A stretch of DNA of 64,000 nt. Source: Podarcis filfolensis. Lineage: Eukaryota. Below the pieces are notes generated by a model that saw nothing but the letters and a program-made list of their open reading frames with translations, was not told where the DNA came from and did no database searches. Of the stretch, positions 22,545 through 35,241 are shown piece after piece. The translations under genes were made by a program, and so were the position numbers. Position 1 is the stretch's first letter. Each line of letters starts with the position of its first letter. Where the stretch lies: the NCBI GenBank assembly GCA_964270895.1, contig OZ185440.1. One strand, given 5' to 3'.

Positions 22545-24510
22545 CATTAGAAGAACCCTGCTGGCTCAGAAACTGTCTACAGTGGCCAAACAGATGCCTA
22601 TTGGAAATTCAGAAGCAAGACCTGAGAGCAACAGCACCCTTTCCACTGATGATTCCCAGTAACCTCAATACTGCCTCTGACAGCAGAGATAGTACATAGA
22701 CATCAAGGCACTAGTAGCCACTGATAAATTTATTCCTAATCCTCTTTTTAAAGCCACCCACAGTGGTAACTACAACTACATTTTGCTGGCGTAGATTGTT
22801 GAATGGTCACTTTAAAATGTGAAGGTTCATTATTGCTTCACAAGTTGTGTATGTCTTTAAGGGCCAGGGCCAAGGCAAATAACGAGACCCAGTCTTACAG
22901 CTGTGAAACATAGCAGGTGCTACTAGGTTGTGTTAATTAAGCTGTGTCAGCATTTGGGCATAGTATATAAGGAGCAGCACCTAGCTCCCTCGTTACCCTG
23001 GGGGATTGGTTGGTGGTTGGGTCTGGTTTGTTGTTGATGTATTTAGTGTATAAGGAGTTTTTGTTTTTGTTATTAAAACCTTGTTTAAGTTATTTTTGAG
23101 TCCCTTTTTAATGCATGGTCTCCCCAGCAAGCTCTCTGCAACGCTACTAAACTGCAAGTAGCCATAGTTAATAATAAATTAGTTAATTTTATTTCAGCTG
23201 ATTATATACCTGTGTGAAGAAGTACTTTCTTTTATATGTCTATCCTGAATCCTCCAACATTTAGCTTCATTGGATGGGCCCAAATTATTATGAAAGTGGG
23301 AGAAGAATGCCTCCCTATCCAATTTCTCCACACTATGAATAATCTTACACACCTCTACCATGTCCCTGTCACTCAACTTGTATTGTAAACTTCTCATGGG
23401 GGAGTTGCTGAAACCTCTTGATCATTTTGGCTTTCCCTTTCTGAACCTTTTTGAACTCCACAATATCCTTTTTGAGGAGAGTCAACCACAAGCGTACACA
23501 GTATTCCAAATGCAGTTGCACCATAGATTTGTATAACAGCATTATGATATCAGCAGGTTTATTTTAAATTCCTTTCCTAATGATCCCTAGCATGGAATCT
23601 GCACTTTTCACAGTTGCTGCTCACTGGGTCAACAACTTCATCAAGTTATCTGCTGTGACCCCAAAATCTCATTTCTAGTGAGTCACCACCAATTCACGAT
23701 TTTTTTTGCCTCAGTGTGCATCACTTAACACTTCCTTACATTGAATTCTATTTGCCATTTTATGCACACTCACCCAATTTGGAGAGATCCTTCTGGAGCA
23801 CCTTACAATCCTTTTTTTGTTTTAAACACACTGAACGATTTGGTATCGTTAACAAACTTTGCCACCTCACAACTCACCCTCTTAACTCTGTGCAAATCAA
23901 AGGGAGAAGGCCCCAACATCAATCCTTGAGAAATTCTACTTCCAACATTCCTCCATTGGAAGGGATCTCCATTCTAACTTTCTGTTCCCTGTTTCTGAAA
24001 CAGTTCCTGATCCATAAGAGACCTTTGCTCTTATTCCATGCCTGCTGAGCTTACTCGGGAGTCTTTGGTGTGGTACTCTGTCAAAGGCTTTTTGAAAGCT
24101 GGAGTACACAATGTCTACTGGATCACCTCTATTTACATGCTAAAAGGTTATTGAGACACCGAGACAGGACTTACTCTTGGAAAAGCTATGGTGGTTCTTC
24201 TTCAGCAACACTTGCTCTTCAATATGCTTGCTAATTCTATTCTTAAGAATGCTTTCCCAGAACAGACTAAAGGGCCTGTAACTTCCTGGATTCCCCCTCC
24301 CGCCCCAATCGCTGTTTAAAAATTGGTGTTACACTGGCCACTTTCAATTTCTCAGATAAGCAGTCTAATCTTAGGGAGAAGTTAGATATTTTGAATTGTT
24401 TAAGAACTCTCATGTGGATGCCACCCAGACCCAGGGACTTGTCAGTTTTTAATTCGTCAATAGAGCCTAGAAATCCATCTCTTCTCAACACTATTTGCCT
24501 CAGCTTCTCA
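22545..24510 (-). mobile_element. CR1 LINE, 5'-truncated and degraded, interrupted at about 22790-23150
   Basis: RT remnant LKTDKSLGLGGIHMRVLKQ (like the CR1 KSPGPDGIHPRVLKE motif) near 24400. CR1 3'-end sequence at 22545-22790 resumes as ccatagtt...tgtgtgaagaagtactt after about 23150. Confidence 0.75.
22790..23150 (+). mobile_element. About 350-bp LTR-like insert nested in the CR1
   Basis: It splits otherwise contiguous CR1 sequence and contains a TATATAAG box followed by ATTAAA. Termini and TSD are not cleanly resolved. Confidence 0.35.
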
Positions 24511-24558
24511 GACCAGTGGTGTCATGGGGCCTATCCAACTGGTGGTCATGACACTCAC

Positions 24559-24597
24559 ATAATCCCATTCGACATGGCACAGTACATCTTATAGATT
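24559..24597 (-). other. PTPRF: Candidate meA3-like (ESI) alternative exon of PTPRF; possible lengths 9, 12 or 39 nt
   Basis: Acceptor tgcagttgttttcccaccag|AATCTATAA... gives E-S-I in the PTPRF phase-1 frame, at the expected position between the Ig2 exon and meA6. Available donors are GTACTG after 12 nt and GTGAGT after 39 nt. At 9 nt the sequence is GA, not GT. Confidence 0.45.
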
Positions 24598-26669
24598 CTG
24601 GTGGGAAAACAACTGCATTTGTTCAGAGATATACTGCAGTCTGAACACTGGGAAAATACTACACAGAAATAGAGAGTGTTTGGAAGGGCCCAAGTCTTCA
24701 GCAGCTGAGCAATAGAATGGCCCAGTTCACATGCAGTGCAAAGCCAAACCATAACTTGGCAGGAGAAAGCAAACATGCAGGTTCCCAGAATGAAGATTGC
24801 AATGCAGCATTCCCCCTCTGGTGCTGCTAAATGGCCCAGGCATTAACCACGATTTAGCTTAGCATTACATCTGTACATAAGTTTGAGGTTTGACTCCTCC
24901 ATGCTAAGCTTCTGTTTGGCTTAGTGTTACATGTGAATTGGGTCATTATCTGTTCTATGCAGTTTCAGAACCCTATGAACTGCAGACTTATAAAGTTCCC
25001 TCTTTTGATTATGAAAATGAATTACTTTATTACAATAGTCCTCTACACACTTGCTGGAAAGGAAGCTTCATTGAGTAGAGGCAATTTGGATCAGCGGCAT
25101 ATACTAATGTTGCTTTGTGAGCTCTTCCAATGTTCCTACCAATAAAGACCTTAAACCTCTTTTTTGAGCTCACTATATGCAAGTCTATAAACCTCATTTA
25201 CTTCCATACAGCTTAATCAATTTTCTCTCAGGCCTGCAGATATGCTACTCATTGATTTCTACCCTCCTCCCGGAAATTCAAGTGTCTTCTACAACTGGGG
25301 ACTCCGAATCCCTGGTGAAATTCAGTTGAGACACTGCTTACAATGAAGAAAAACAAAATAAACTTTGGACGTGACGGTAGTGCTGAACACGTTTTGTTTT
25401 TAAACTCAGGTTTTTCCTCCCTGAAGCTTGCTCAGCAGCAGGCGAGTGCACATGATGTGAATGTTGTTGAGAGCCCAGCATGTGCCTAAGGGTTGCCCAG
25501 CTCATCTGCAATCCTCCTAGATGAGGATGCTGATTTAGTAAGTATGAAGAGCAAGTATCCATGGATGCACTTCCCTAATGCTGCCTGCTTAGTGCCTTTC
25601 AAGTTAAATTAACGAGGGTGATATTTTCTTTCAGCCCAAACATATTGAGATTACGCTAAAGGTCACTGTGAAATTATATAAACTGTAAATTTATCAGTGT
25701 AATTAGTGTTCACTGCTCTATATGCGGGGGAGCTTACTGCAAGACTGAGGTCTCACAGGTGTCAGCAAGGAGCTAATTATAAACTCATTTCTGCAGAATC
25801 TGATATATATCAATTTAAGAGCCACGACCACTACCACACATGAGTTACATTGCTTGCAGGGGGTAGTAGTTTTGCATACAAGTAGTTATCAGAGGCCAGC
25901 TAATGGGCATGTACGCTCATTAGAATGGGGCAGATATCCCAATCACAATCTCTCTCTCTCCCTCAAAAGGACCATCCTCACTTCCTATCCACACTGTGCT
26001 CTGGCACCATGGCTATATGAAGAGTTTCCCTGTTACCAAAAGAGGCAGAATTGTAGAACGTATGAAGCCACTGGGTGAGTAGGCTGCCTCCCATCATTCC
26101 CCAACCTTCATTCTTATAATTTTCTCATTTAATGGGGAAAATTTCTGCAGCAGGGAAGATTTCTGTTCAAGAATGTCCTGTGCATTTTAGAAATCCAGAT
26201 TTTCCACATTTTGGAAACTGGCTAAGAGCTTCTGTCTTTGGCCCAACTGAGTAACTATTCATGAATCAAAATGTTTTTTGTCAGACTGTTGGTCTAAGTG
26301 GAACAACTAGTGACATGTGTTTTACTATCCTGAAAGCAGGAACCTATATTGGAATTGGAGTGATATATTTCTGATCCAATATGCTACCGGGTCATGGATA
26401 AGAAATCTCCTTTGCTCATGGGACACAAGAAAGCATGTTCAAAAGGCTCTGCTTCTTCAGTTAACAAGGACAAATATCCTAACTATTGAAATCTACTCTC
26501 TCACCCAAATCCCAAACCTTTCTTCATATCACACAATGTTTTAAACGTAGCAGAAGTTGGGTGAAAAAGTGAACCCCACAATCTAGGTACAAAATACCAC
26601 AGTTGCTTCCTGTAGAGAAAGATTTGGGGTGGAGTCGGGTCAGGAAATGAGAAGACTTTATTGTTTTAC

Positions 26670-26858
26670 CTGAACGGAGCTGTTTGATTCTGCCATTGCT
26701 AGTGGCTGTGTCCACAGGAAGAAAGTCTTTGAACCAGGATATTTCAGGGTCAGGGTTACCGCTGGCAGCACAGAGCATTGTAGCAGTGCGGGCCTTCTCT
26801 ACTACCTTGAGCTGTGGACCCATGTCTATGGTTGGAAAGCCAGATGGGATCTGGTTCT
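26670..26858 (-). CDS. PTPRF: PTPRF (LAR) coding exon, first part of Ig2 domain; 189 nt, phase 1-1
   Basis: Minus strand reads tttcag|AG AAC CAG ATC...CGT TCA G|gtaaaa, translating as (E)[62 protein letters not shown]. This is typical LAR-family Ig2. EKART, EISW and ATSNG match PTPRF rather than PTPRD (ERTRT, EITW, SNNNG). Confidence 0.95.
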
Positions 26859-29800
26859 CTGAAACACAATAGAAAGAGAATCATGTTAACAGGTAGCAAT
26901 GGGACAAAATTCCAAAACAGGAAATTGGTTTGCAATATTGCAAGCACCAGCCAATCAGTGCTGTGCACAGGTGACTCCTCTGGCAAACCTATTTTCCTAA
27001 GCTTGATCATGCAATTGTATGTAGATTGGGGTGAGTCCATGATTCCACAGCAGCTCACCCATTCAAACAATATATGATTGTATATATGACTCTAAAGCAA
27101 TAAACACAGCAAAAATAGTGAAGAGGCAGCTCAAATCTCTGACAAGTATTTTTCATTTCAGTTTTCAGTGAATTTTCCCCATGTTGTCCTGATCTTCCAA
27201 AGGCACATATGATTATTAAATGACTATGATGAACAAATGAATGTAAAATTAACAAGCCAAAGCAATTGCACCAATCCATGCCAGGGTGCACATTAAGAAG
27301 CTGCCAGAAACTCTCCCAGGCAATTGAAGATACCTGAGGCGTGCAGAAAATGAGCAATGTACACCCTGCCGTGGCTTACTGCTCTATTATAAGATGAAAG
27401 TATCACTATGATGAACAGTTTGAAAAAAGAAAATTCAGCAGTGAGAGAAAAAGGTAATTCTATCTGCAGTAGCTGTACTACCCTTACAGGTAAGTGTAGC
27501 TGAGGCCATTATGAGGCCTGTACAGAAAACCCCCAAATGCTCCAGAGCAGCACTTCAGCAAATATCTCCTAAGCTCAGCACATTTCCTCACATCTTAGGC
27601 AAGATGTACTGTTCTCTGCTAAACATGAGTTGCAAGCAAGACAGACAAATATATGAGAAAAGTCAGAACACCATTTAAAAGCTTCTTAAAATACTAGAAC
27701 CTCATTTATTCTCATGTCATCCTTTTGTTTGCAGATACTTAAGCAAAACTAGAGTGTTAGATCTCTTCTTACCAGCCAGTCCCACATCAGCTGGTGTTCT
27801 TATCTGGATATTTGAGCTACGGAAATCATTCCTTCCTACTGGATTAAGACAAACCTGTGCTTTTATAGACTACACAGTCAAGCATTCTACTCTTCCTTCC
27901 CACATGGTGGGTAGAAGAAGAGCAAATGGTCTGTGATTTTAGCAGCATGCACCAGGACATGCTGTGTGTTCACATTTAAAGCAACATTTAGTTGAAGTAC
28001 GGTTTAAAGTGTTGTATGAACAAAGTCTAAGTGTTTTATACTTCTGTCCTTCATGTTAACTTCCTATGTCCAATCTGCATATTCATGATTTGCATAACAT
28101 TTTAGTCCCTCCAGCCTTCTCTATTCTGCTTATCTCTGAATGGTCAACCTATTTACAGGGCAATGCAAAATTGTGCAAATAAAATATTCACATTTTATCA
28201 GGCGTCCTTGTCTGCTATCTTGTCAAAAATCCACTTTGCAGACACTACTTTTTCCATATTCTATAGCATGAGAGAACATTGAAATGAATCTGGTTTCTGA
28301 CTTCGCAGAGTTAAGGGGCTATGGTGGGTATCTATAATTTTCAAAAGAAATACCAAAAAAAAAAAGCAACTGAAGCTTAATAAGAGCCCAAGCCATTTCT
28401 TGTATGCAAAGTCTGGCATCCCGAGAAACCGCCTCTTCACTAGCAAACATAAAAGGGTTTTTGTGCAAAAGGTACACTGAAAACTAGTTCTTTTTTATTT
28501 GCTCTCCATTGATTTTCAAAGACAAAAGGTACACAGAGCTTAACTGGAAAGACACCAAAGCTAGCATTCAAAAACAAGAAACAGCAGCACCAATACAACC
28601 ACAACACACACTCCTCTACAGTACAAAATTAAACAAAAGCAGGGATATAGAAGAGTATCACGAGACACAGCTTAGCTTGCAAAGGCATACACAAAGAATA
28701 GCAAACAAAAACAGTCTTTTGGAACTAGCCAAGTGTGCCTGAATTACAGCTGCACCTTTGCTGCCTGCAATATAAAATAGGTGGTTAATCCAGGGAGGCC
28801 AAACCCTCCAAGTGATCAAATTTAATCTCTAAGCCTTTTGCAGTCTTTCCCAGTTTGTATGTGAGAATACACGAAGCAAAGACCCAGTGAATTAACGTAG
28901 TCCAATGTTGCAATTTCAAGCTGTAGTAGAGAAAATACATGTTATCAGGACTTACTCATGGCAGTGACAGCTAAGCAGGACAAAGCGATGCAAAATAAGC
29001 ATTACACATGCCCCCCCCCACCAAATTAAGCTCTTTCTACAATACTGCTGTTCATGACTAAGGGATGTTTCATGTGAACATTTTAAGCAAGATGTTGGAG
29101 ATGAAGTGAAACTGCCTCAAGTGGTCTTTCCTAATTTCTGGCAGTGATTAGCTTCGTGAGTTCACTGACATCTCTCATACCACCTGTTGGAAAGCTCAGA
29201 AAGAAGAAGAGTTGAGCTGGAACATAAGGAACTCAACATGTAATGAGGACCTACTAAAGCAGCAGTGGGGGAACCTCCAGTCCACAGGCTTCAATAGGCC
29301 CACCAGGCCTCTCCATTTGACCCGCTAGGTTGATTTGGCCAAGCTATGCCCATCTGCTGTACACCTGACGTCAGATAGGACATCTGGTGTGGGACAGGCA
29401 TACAAATTGTCCTGGCTAGCTTAGTGAAGTCATTACAAGAAGATAGGAGACGTGAGCCACACCCACCTCTTAAACTGGATCTGGAATAGAAGGGGAGGTA
29501 AAGGTCAGGCCCACAAACTGGATTCAATTCTACACCCATGTGCCAAAGCACCCACAAGACTAGTTGCAGCACAAAATTTATCAAGTGGTAATGGGTTTAC
29601 CATATTGCTGCCACATAAACAGTTGTATGGTTCAATTGGAAATCAAAAGACTGGGATGGAATCATATTCTCTTTAAATTAATTTGCTATTGCATCCGTAC
29701 ATCTGAACCTGGATTCTGAAAGGTGAAATTAGGAGGAGGCCAGAGAACTCTTGCTCTTGGTGGTGTTGTTCTTTGGCAGTAAGGAAAGAAACACATTTCT

Positions 29801-31200
29801 GTTTTTAAACAAAGACTTCTGGAAACTATTATTGCGATCTCTACTGTGGATGCAATTATTTTCAATCTGAGTGACAGTTCTTACCCATACCTGAATGATC
29901 TGCCAATTGTGTTTCTTCATTTTCATTAATAGAGAACATTAGTCAAGAGCAAGCACCATGATGTGACAGATGCCTGTTAGACTGTTTTGACCCAGGTACA
30001 AAAGCCTTGCAGGTCATTACAAATGGGTACCTGTGAATTCCCTCCTCCACAAAAATCCCATTTATGTAAGCACATTTATCACAATCCTCTTTCAAAAATG
30101 TTAAAGAAAACTGCAAACATATTTATGGGCATTTTTCACACTTTCTCAGTTTCTTTTTGTGCTAAGAGGAAAAGAGTTCTCTGCTTAACCAATAAAGACT
30201 CCACACCTCTAAGAAAATGTGGACCGACAGCCCATAACCCTTCCTTACACATTGGATACATCTTCAGGGGTTTAAAAATTTCTCAACATGCAGTGCAGAA
30301 ATGCTGCCAATTGCCCATGGAGTGTGATCTTTTCCTCCATGGGCAGCTTGCTTTTCTTCCATGCTGTGTGCTGTACTGTCCAGGTGACAGGGGGCTGGGG
30401 GGGGCGAGCGGGCCTGAGGAAAGGCCAGTGGACTTATTCTGCAGGTACACCCAAGATGTTCCACAATGCTGCTTTAAATTGTTAGGGTTTCATAGCCCCT
30501 TTTGTAGCACAAACTGGTGTGTGAATGGGTGCGTGCACAAGCATGCATTGGAGGTTTAATTAGAATTGGGTGAACTGGATGGGGAAAGAAATAGGGTGAG
30601 GTACACATCTCTAGACTTCGTTTTAAACAAGAAGTTCAAAAAGAAGGGGAGGTTTGTGGCTAACTCAAGGGTGTTCTGAACATGAAAACTTAAGCACCAT
30701 GAAGTGGGAGGGGATTTTTTTACTCTCCCCCCTCCCCAAGCTCCTCATTATTCCTCATGGGTGTTAGTATCTAGTAATACTAATTTTAGTAGTATGCAAC
30801 AAATTTATTCAGATTTCAAAAATCAGTTTCAGATTCCCCAAGATAAATAATGCAATCCCAAATGAGCTCTTTGGACATTTTTCTGATTAGGAATAAGAGA
30901 AAATTTCTGAATATTCACAGCTGGTAATATTATACAAGGTCCAGGTTCATTCTGGACTCTGAAGGTTAGTTATATATTCTGTCCTATAGGATGCTTCATT
31001 AATAAACAATCCCACATTTTTGTAGTTCCAAAATACCTATCATACTATAGTGTAGAAACTGTTTATGGACATACGGTATGAAAAACCGCAATATGCATAA
31101 CAATTTGGAGACTCTTTAATACCGCTACTCAGATATTATGCATCAACATCAGAAAATCTGGGTTAATCCTTTGAATGCATTTAGATGAAAGACAAAAAGT

Positions 31201-31316
31201 TGTAGTCAGAACTAGTCCTACTTGAGTGCAGACTCAATGAAATGAATGAACCTAAGGTAGTCATGTTCATTAGTTTTAATGAGTATATACTGAGTAGGGC
31301 TAGCACTAGACACAAC
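31201..31316. repeat. Short fold-back element
   Basis: Imperfect inverted arms ctagtcctacttgagt / tactgagtagggctag. Confidence 0.45.
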
Positions 31317-32404
31317 CCAAAGTAATTACATGAAAAAACAATGACAGACCAGTAGGCACACTGTGAATATACTTCAGGCTCTCACAAATAACGGGTCAAT
31401 CATACCATAGCAATCAGCTCATCTTTATATTGGCAGGCATGATGCAAATCAGAATAAGGAAAAAGGTCATTATTTTGAGTATTTAAGCTATCAAGATGCA
31501 AGAGAAATAAATTAAGAACTAAAAACCCAAGGAGGAAGGTAGGAGGTAGACTCAAGAAAATGCCTGACTATCTCAAAAATTTAAACAATTAACTTTCATG
31601 TCTGAAATTTTTGAGCCAAGTATTTTTCCCCTGGGTGGTTTTCCTCATTAGTCTGGAAAAAAACTACATTTATCAGTTTGTGCGAAGACCTTTCTAAAAG
31701 GATCTGTGCTGTAGTCGTCACATGCTTAGTAGGACTTAAAGGCCAAAAAATTACTTTTCTTTTTTTTTAAGTTCCACTTGCATTCATTTTTAATTACTCC
31801 AAAAAGATAAGTGAGGGTACTACGGACCTGAGAAGGCCTAATATGGAAAGGGTTGATAAATGACAATGGATAGTGCCACTTTGCCGTGACAGGACAGTAG
31901 GAAAAGAACACGGGGTGTGGATAACAGACTGAGAATTAGGGGAGATAGGAGTGCGATAAAACTAGGCATTTAAAAGCAGCATAAGAGGCATTTGCCAGGT
32001 GCCATTTCCCTATCTCTTCACACCATGTCAGGAAAAGCTGTACTGTTTCCTTTCTGCTTGTCACACAACTGTCAAAATGCTCCCCTCAAACACTGCCTAC
32101 ACATTTGCAGGCTTCCAAGTTTTGTGCTATATACCATATTGATTCCATACTTGTGCAGAATATTTTTAAAGAAATTGCACAGAATATTTATCATTATCAA
32201 CATATTCACTCAAAATATATTGTTGTTATTGGTATCCATCTGTCGAGAGAGAGCTCCTCTGGGGGTGATGACAAACGGCTGCATTAGAAGCACAAAAGTG
32301 ACCTTCCCAGGGCGCAAGTCTGAGCAGTGTTTATGGAGGCCGCTGCCCAAACAATACAATTCCACTTTTGGCCTCACTGATGTGATCCAAAGGAAAGCAG
32401 AGCA

Positions 32405-32610
32405 ATACATTTGACACCAGCTTGGCTACACGAGTTGCCAGAAGGAGGCATACAAGGCACCATCCAACCGTCCTAGGGACTCCACTCTAGATTTGTGAAG
32501 GGTTTATTCCATCTTTTCTTCTCCCAAAGATACCCCGCAAGGCTTTAGGATCAGAGTTTTCCTTCTCCTAGATGGGCTAACTTTCCAGGTGAATGAATGA
32601 ATGAATGAAC
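32405..32610. mobile_element. Fragment of a lizard interspersed repeat, possibly an RTE-type LINE end
   Basis: The stretch ttaggatcagagttttccttctcctagatgggct is recalled as a common lizard repeat; an (AATG)n run is adjacent. Family is uncertain. Confidence 0.3.
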
Positions 32611-32955
32611 ACCTTATGACATGCTTTCCCTCCATATTCAGCTTCATATTCCTTTATATCAAGTTAGGGAAGTTATTCTCTAGATAAAATCTACAGTACT
32701 TAGTGAAGATCTACATGTGCTCACACTAAGATTTAGAACAACCTTCTGAGGATTGCAGCCAAGCTTAAGTGCCTTTCTGTTTTCCCACAAGCTTCTGAAT
32801 ATTTTGTTACGGAGCATTTTTAGTTTAATTAGAATGGTATGTTATTACTGTTGCTTTTTATACTTACCATTTGTTTTGTTTTGTTTTGATCGTTTGTATA
32901 CCACTCTGAATGTTTTAACAGAAAATAAGTTATGATGCTCTAGATAAATGAGATA

Positions 32956-33426
32956 CCATATTTTTCACCCCATAGGACGCACCGCGTAAATAAAAAATTA
33001 TTTCCCCCCCCCAGGCACGGGGCTGGCGCGGGGGAAGCCCGAGCTTCCCCCGACCCCAGCCCCCAGAACAGCCTGCTATCCGCAAGCCTAGGGAGCCACG
33101 CCGGTCTCCCCAGGCTTGCGGAGAGCTGCGTGAAGCCCGGGCACGCTCTTCAGCGCGCCCGAGGCTTTGGAATGCACGCAGCTCTGCGCAACCTTTGGGA
33201 GCCCAGCGTGGCTTGGCACGGGCTCCGGAGGGTTGCGCAGAGCTGTGCGGAGCCGGGGAGGGCAGGCAGCTCTGCGCAACCTTTGGGAGCCCAGCGCGGC
33301 TTCGCGCCGGGCTCCCGAGGGTTGCGCAGAGCTTCCTGAAGCCTGTATTTGCCCCATAGCACGCACACACATTTCCCCTTCATTTTTGGAGGGGAAAAAG
33401 TGCGTCCTATAGGGCGAAAAATATGG
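32956..33426. mobile_element. Tc1/mariner-pogo (Tigger-like) non-autonomous MITE
   Basis: 27-bp terminal inverted repeats (CCATATTTTTCACCCCATAGGACGCAC, 25/27 match), TA target duplication on both sides, and a GC/CpG-rich interior. Confidence 0.85.
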
Positions 33427-34679
33427 TAATTTATAACATTTTGAGTAACAAAAACATTTGTTAATGGGAGGTTCAAGCTTCTAAGATGCCAACACACATT
33501 ACACTCCACTCCTTCTGTTTGCTGAATATATAGCCTTAAGCTGGTGACATGATGCTGTTGCTCAATTAAGGCCAGGCAATCAAGAGCAGTAGAGCAGATC
33601 AAGGGCCAGAGGAATGACTACAGTTTATGCGGCAAGAGGTCCAGTGCTGGTCAGGCATGACTACAACTGAACTAAGAGATTTCTATGAACAATTTGCAGG
33701 GGTGAGAACAATGACTCTTAAAAAATAATATTAGCACATGTTGGCAGGGAAGTGTAGTAAAGCAAGCAATGCATGCGTAGGTGATATACTATGGACTTGT
33801 GGGGGAAAGTGAGGGCCTGTTCCTGCCAAAGCCAAGCACACCTCAAGAGTACCCAAGAACCAAAAGGAGAGGTCCATAAAACAAGGACTTCAAAAACAAC
33901 TTAGCATCAACCATGAGGAAGGCAAATAATTCAGGTTACTCCTAGCAACAGAAATACATAGCAGCTTCTAATGGCAGCCCCGCCAACAGACTGTGATGTG
34001 GCACTCTGAAGGGACACACCGAAGGTACATTTTTAAAATGTTCCATTCTCAGGGAAATAAGAAGCTTTTAAGAGGATCATCTCTAGGGAATTTAACCACA
34101 TGAAACAACAGACAAGAGCAGAACATAAACAAATATTTGGTACCTGAAAAATACCTAAAGCATAACTGTTCACACACACAAAAATCATCTGAGTCAGCCC
34201 AAACTTCTAAAGGCTTATTGCATTTAAAAAATATATATAAAAAATCCAACACCAATAAAGAACAAATTGGCAAATCAAAAGAAGACGAGGTTGTTAATAG
34301 GAAATACACCCTTAGTCTTTTAAGTGCCCCTAAACTAATTCTCTAGATGGTAGGAAATGGCTCGCACTATAATTGTCTCGTGCTTTTCTACTGCAGCATT
34401 CAATTCTGGTCATATTCTGGACAAAAATATAATGGACAGGTTGACTCAACAAGGAGGCAATTTTAATGTTCCTAGATGAAAAATGGGAAGCCATAAGACA
34501 GGAGTGGGAAATAATTTTCTGCCCAATGGTTACATTCCCTCATGGACAACTTTTGGGCCTTGCCTGTAGTAAATGGGGCCAGAGGGTAATAACAACATCA
34601 CTGCTCAGTTCAATGGCATGCTAAATTAGTCATATTCCCCAGAATCTGCCTTTTAGGTACTGAGCTGACTTCATAGTAT

Positions 34680-34980
34680 TGATGCTGACAATAATGGCTT
34701 GGGGCTCAAGTACCTGACCGACTACCTCTCCTGGTATGTGCCAGCTTGACAATTCAGATCACTGGCCAAGGGCTTCTTGTGTTGCTACCTATAGGCTAAG
34801 TCTGAGGAGCAGTGTCCCAAGCTAGCGCCTTCTCTGCTGTGGCACCCTCTTTATGGAACTCCCTATCTCTGTAGGTGTGTCAGGTATCATTTTTATTTCA
34901 GTTTCACTTGTTACTTAAGATGCACTTATTCAAGTGGGACTTTTAAAGTTGTTTCACACTGGTCCTTGAGACCTTTGATT
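34680..34980 (+). mobile_element. Degraded L2 3' fragment
   Basis: ggcttggggctcaagtacctg gives GLGLKYL, like the L2 GLGPGYL motif, followed by L2-like 3' sequence. Boundaries are approximate. Confidence 0.5.
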
Positions 34981-35007
34981 TACTGAATGGTTGATTAGTC
35001 ATATTAA

Positions 35008-35241
35008 GAGAGCCAGTGTGGCATAAGGATTAGAATGTTGGACTAGGACCTGGGAGAAAGAGAGCAAGGTTTGAATCTCCAGTCAGCCATGAAGCTCACT
35101 AGGTGACCTTGGGTCAGCCACCATCTCTTAGTCTAGCCTACCTCACAGGGTTGTTGTGAGGATGAAATGGGGAGGAGGAGAACCATGTACACCACCTTGA
35201 TATCCTTTGGGAAATAAAGGTGGTATATAAATGTAATAAAT
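35008..35241 (+). mobile_element. tRNA-derived CORE-type SINE (Squam3/MIR-like)
   Basis: tRNA-like head (ttagaatgttggactag...ggtttgaatctcc), core gggtgaccttggg-like segment and cctcacagggttgttgtgaggat, and an A/T-rich tail. Confidence 0.8.

Noticed and set aside
26524-26823. 99-aa ORF as a stand-alone gene
   Set aside because: It is the PTPRF exon plus intron read-through past the donor at 26669.
29987-30559. 190-aa ORF
   Set aside because: It starts at TTG, has no domain similarity or splice support, and is likely random.
32930-33602. Several 69-150 aa overlapping ORFs
   Set aside because: They are explained by the GC-rich repetitive interior of the MITE.
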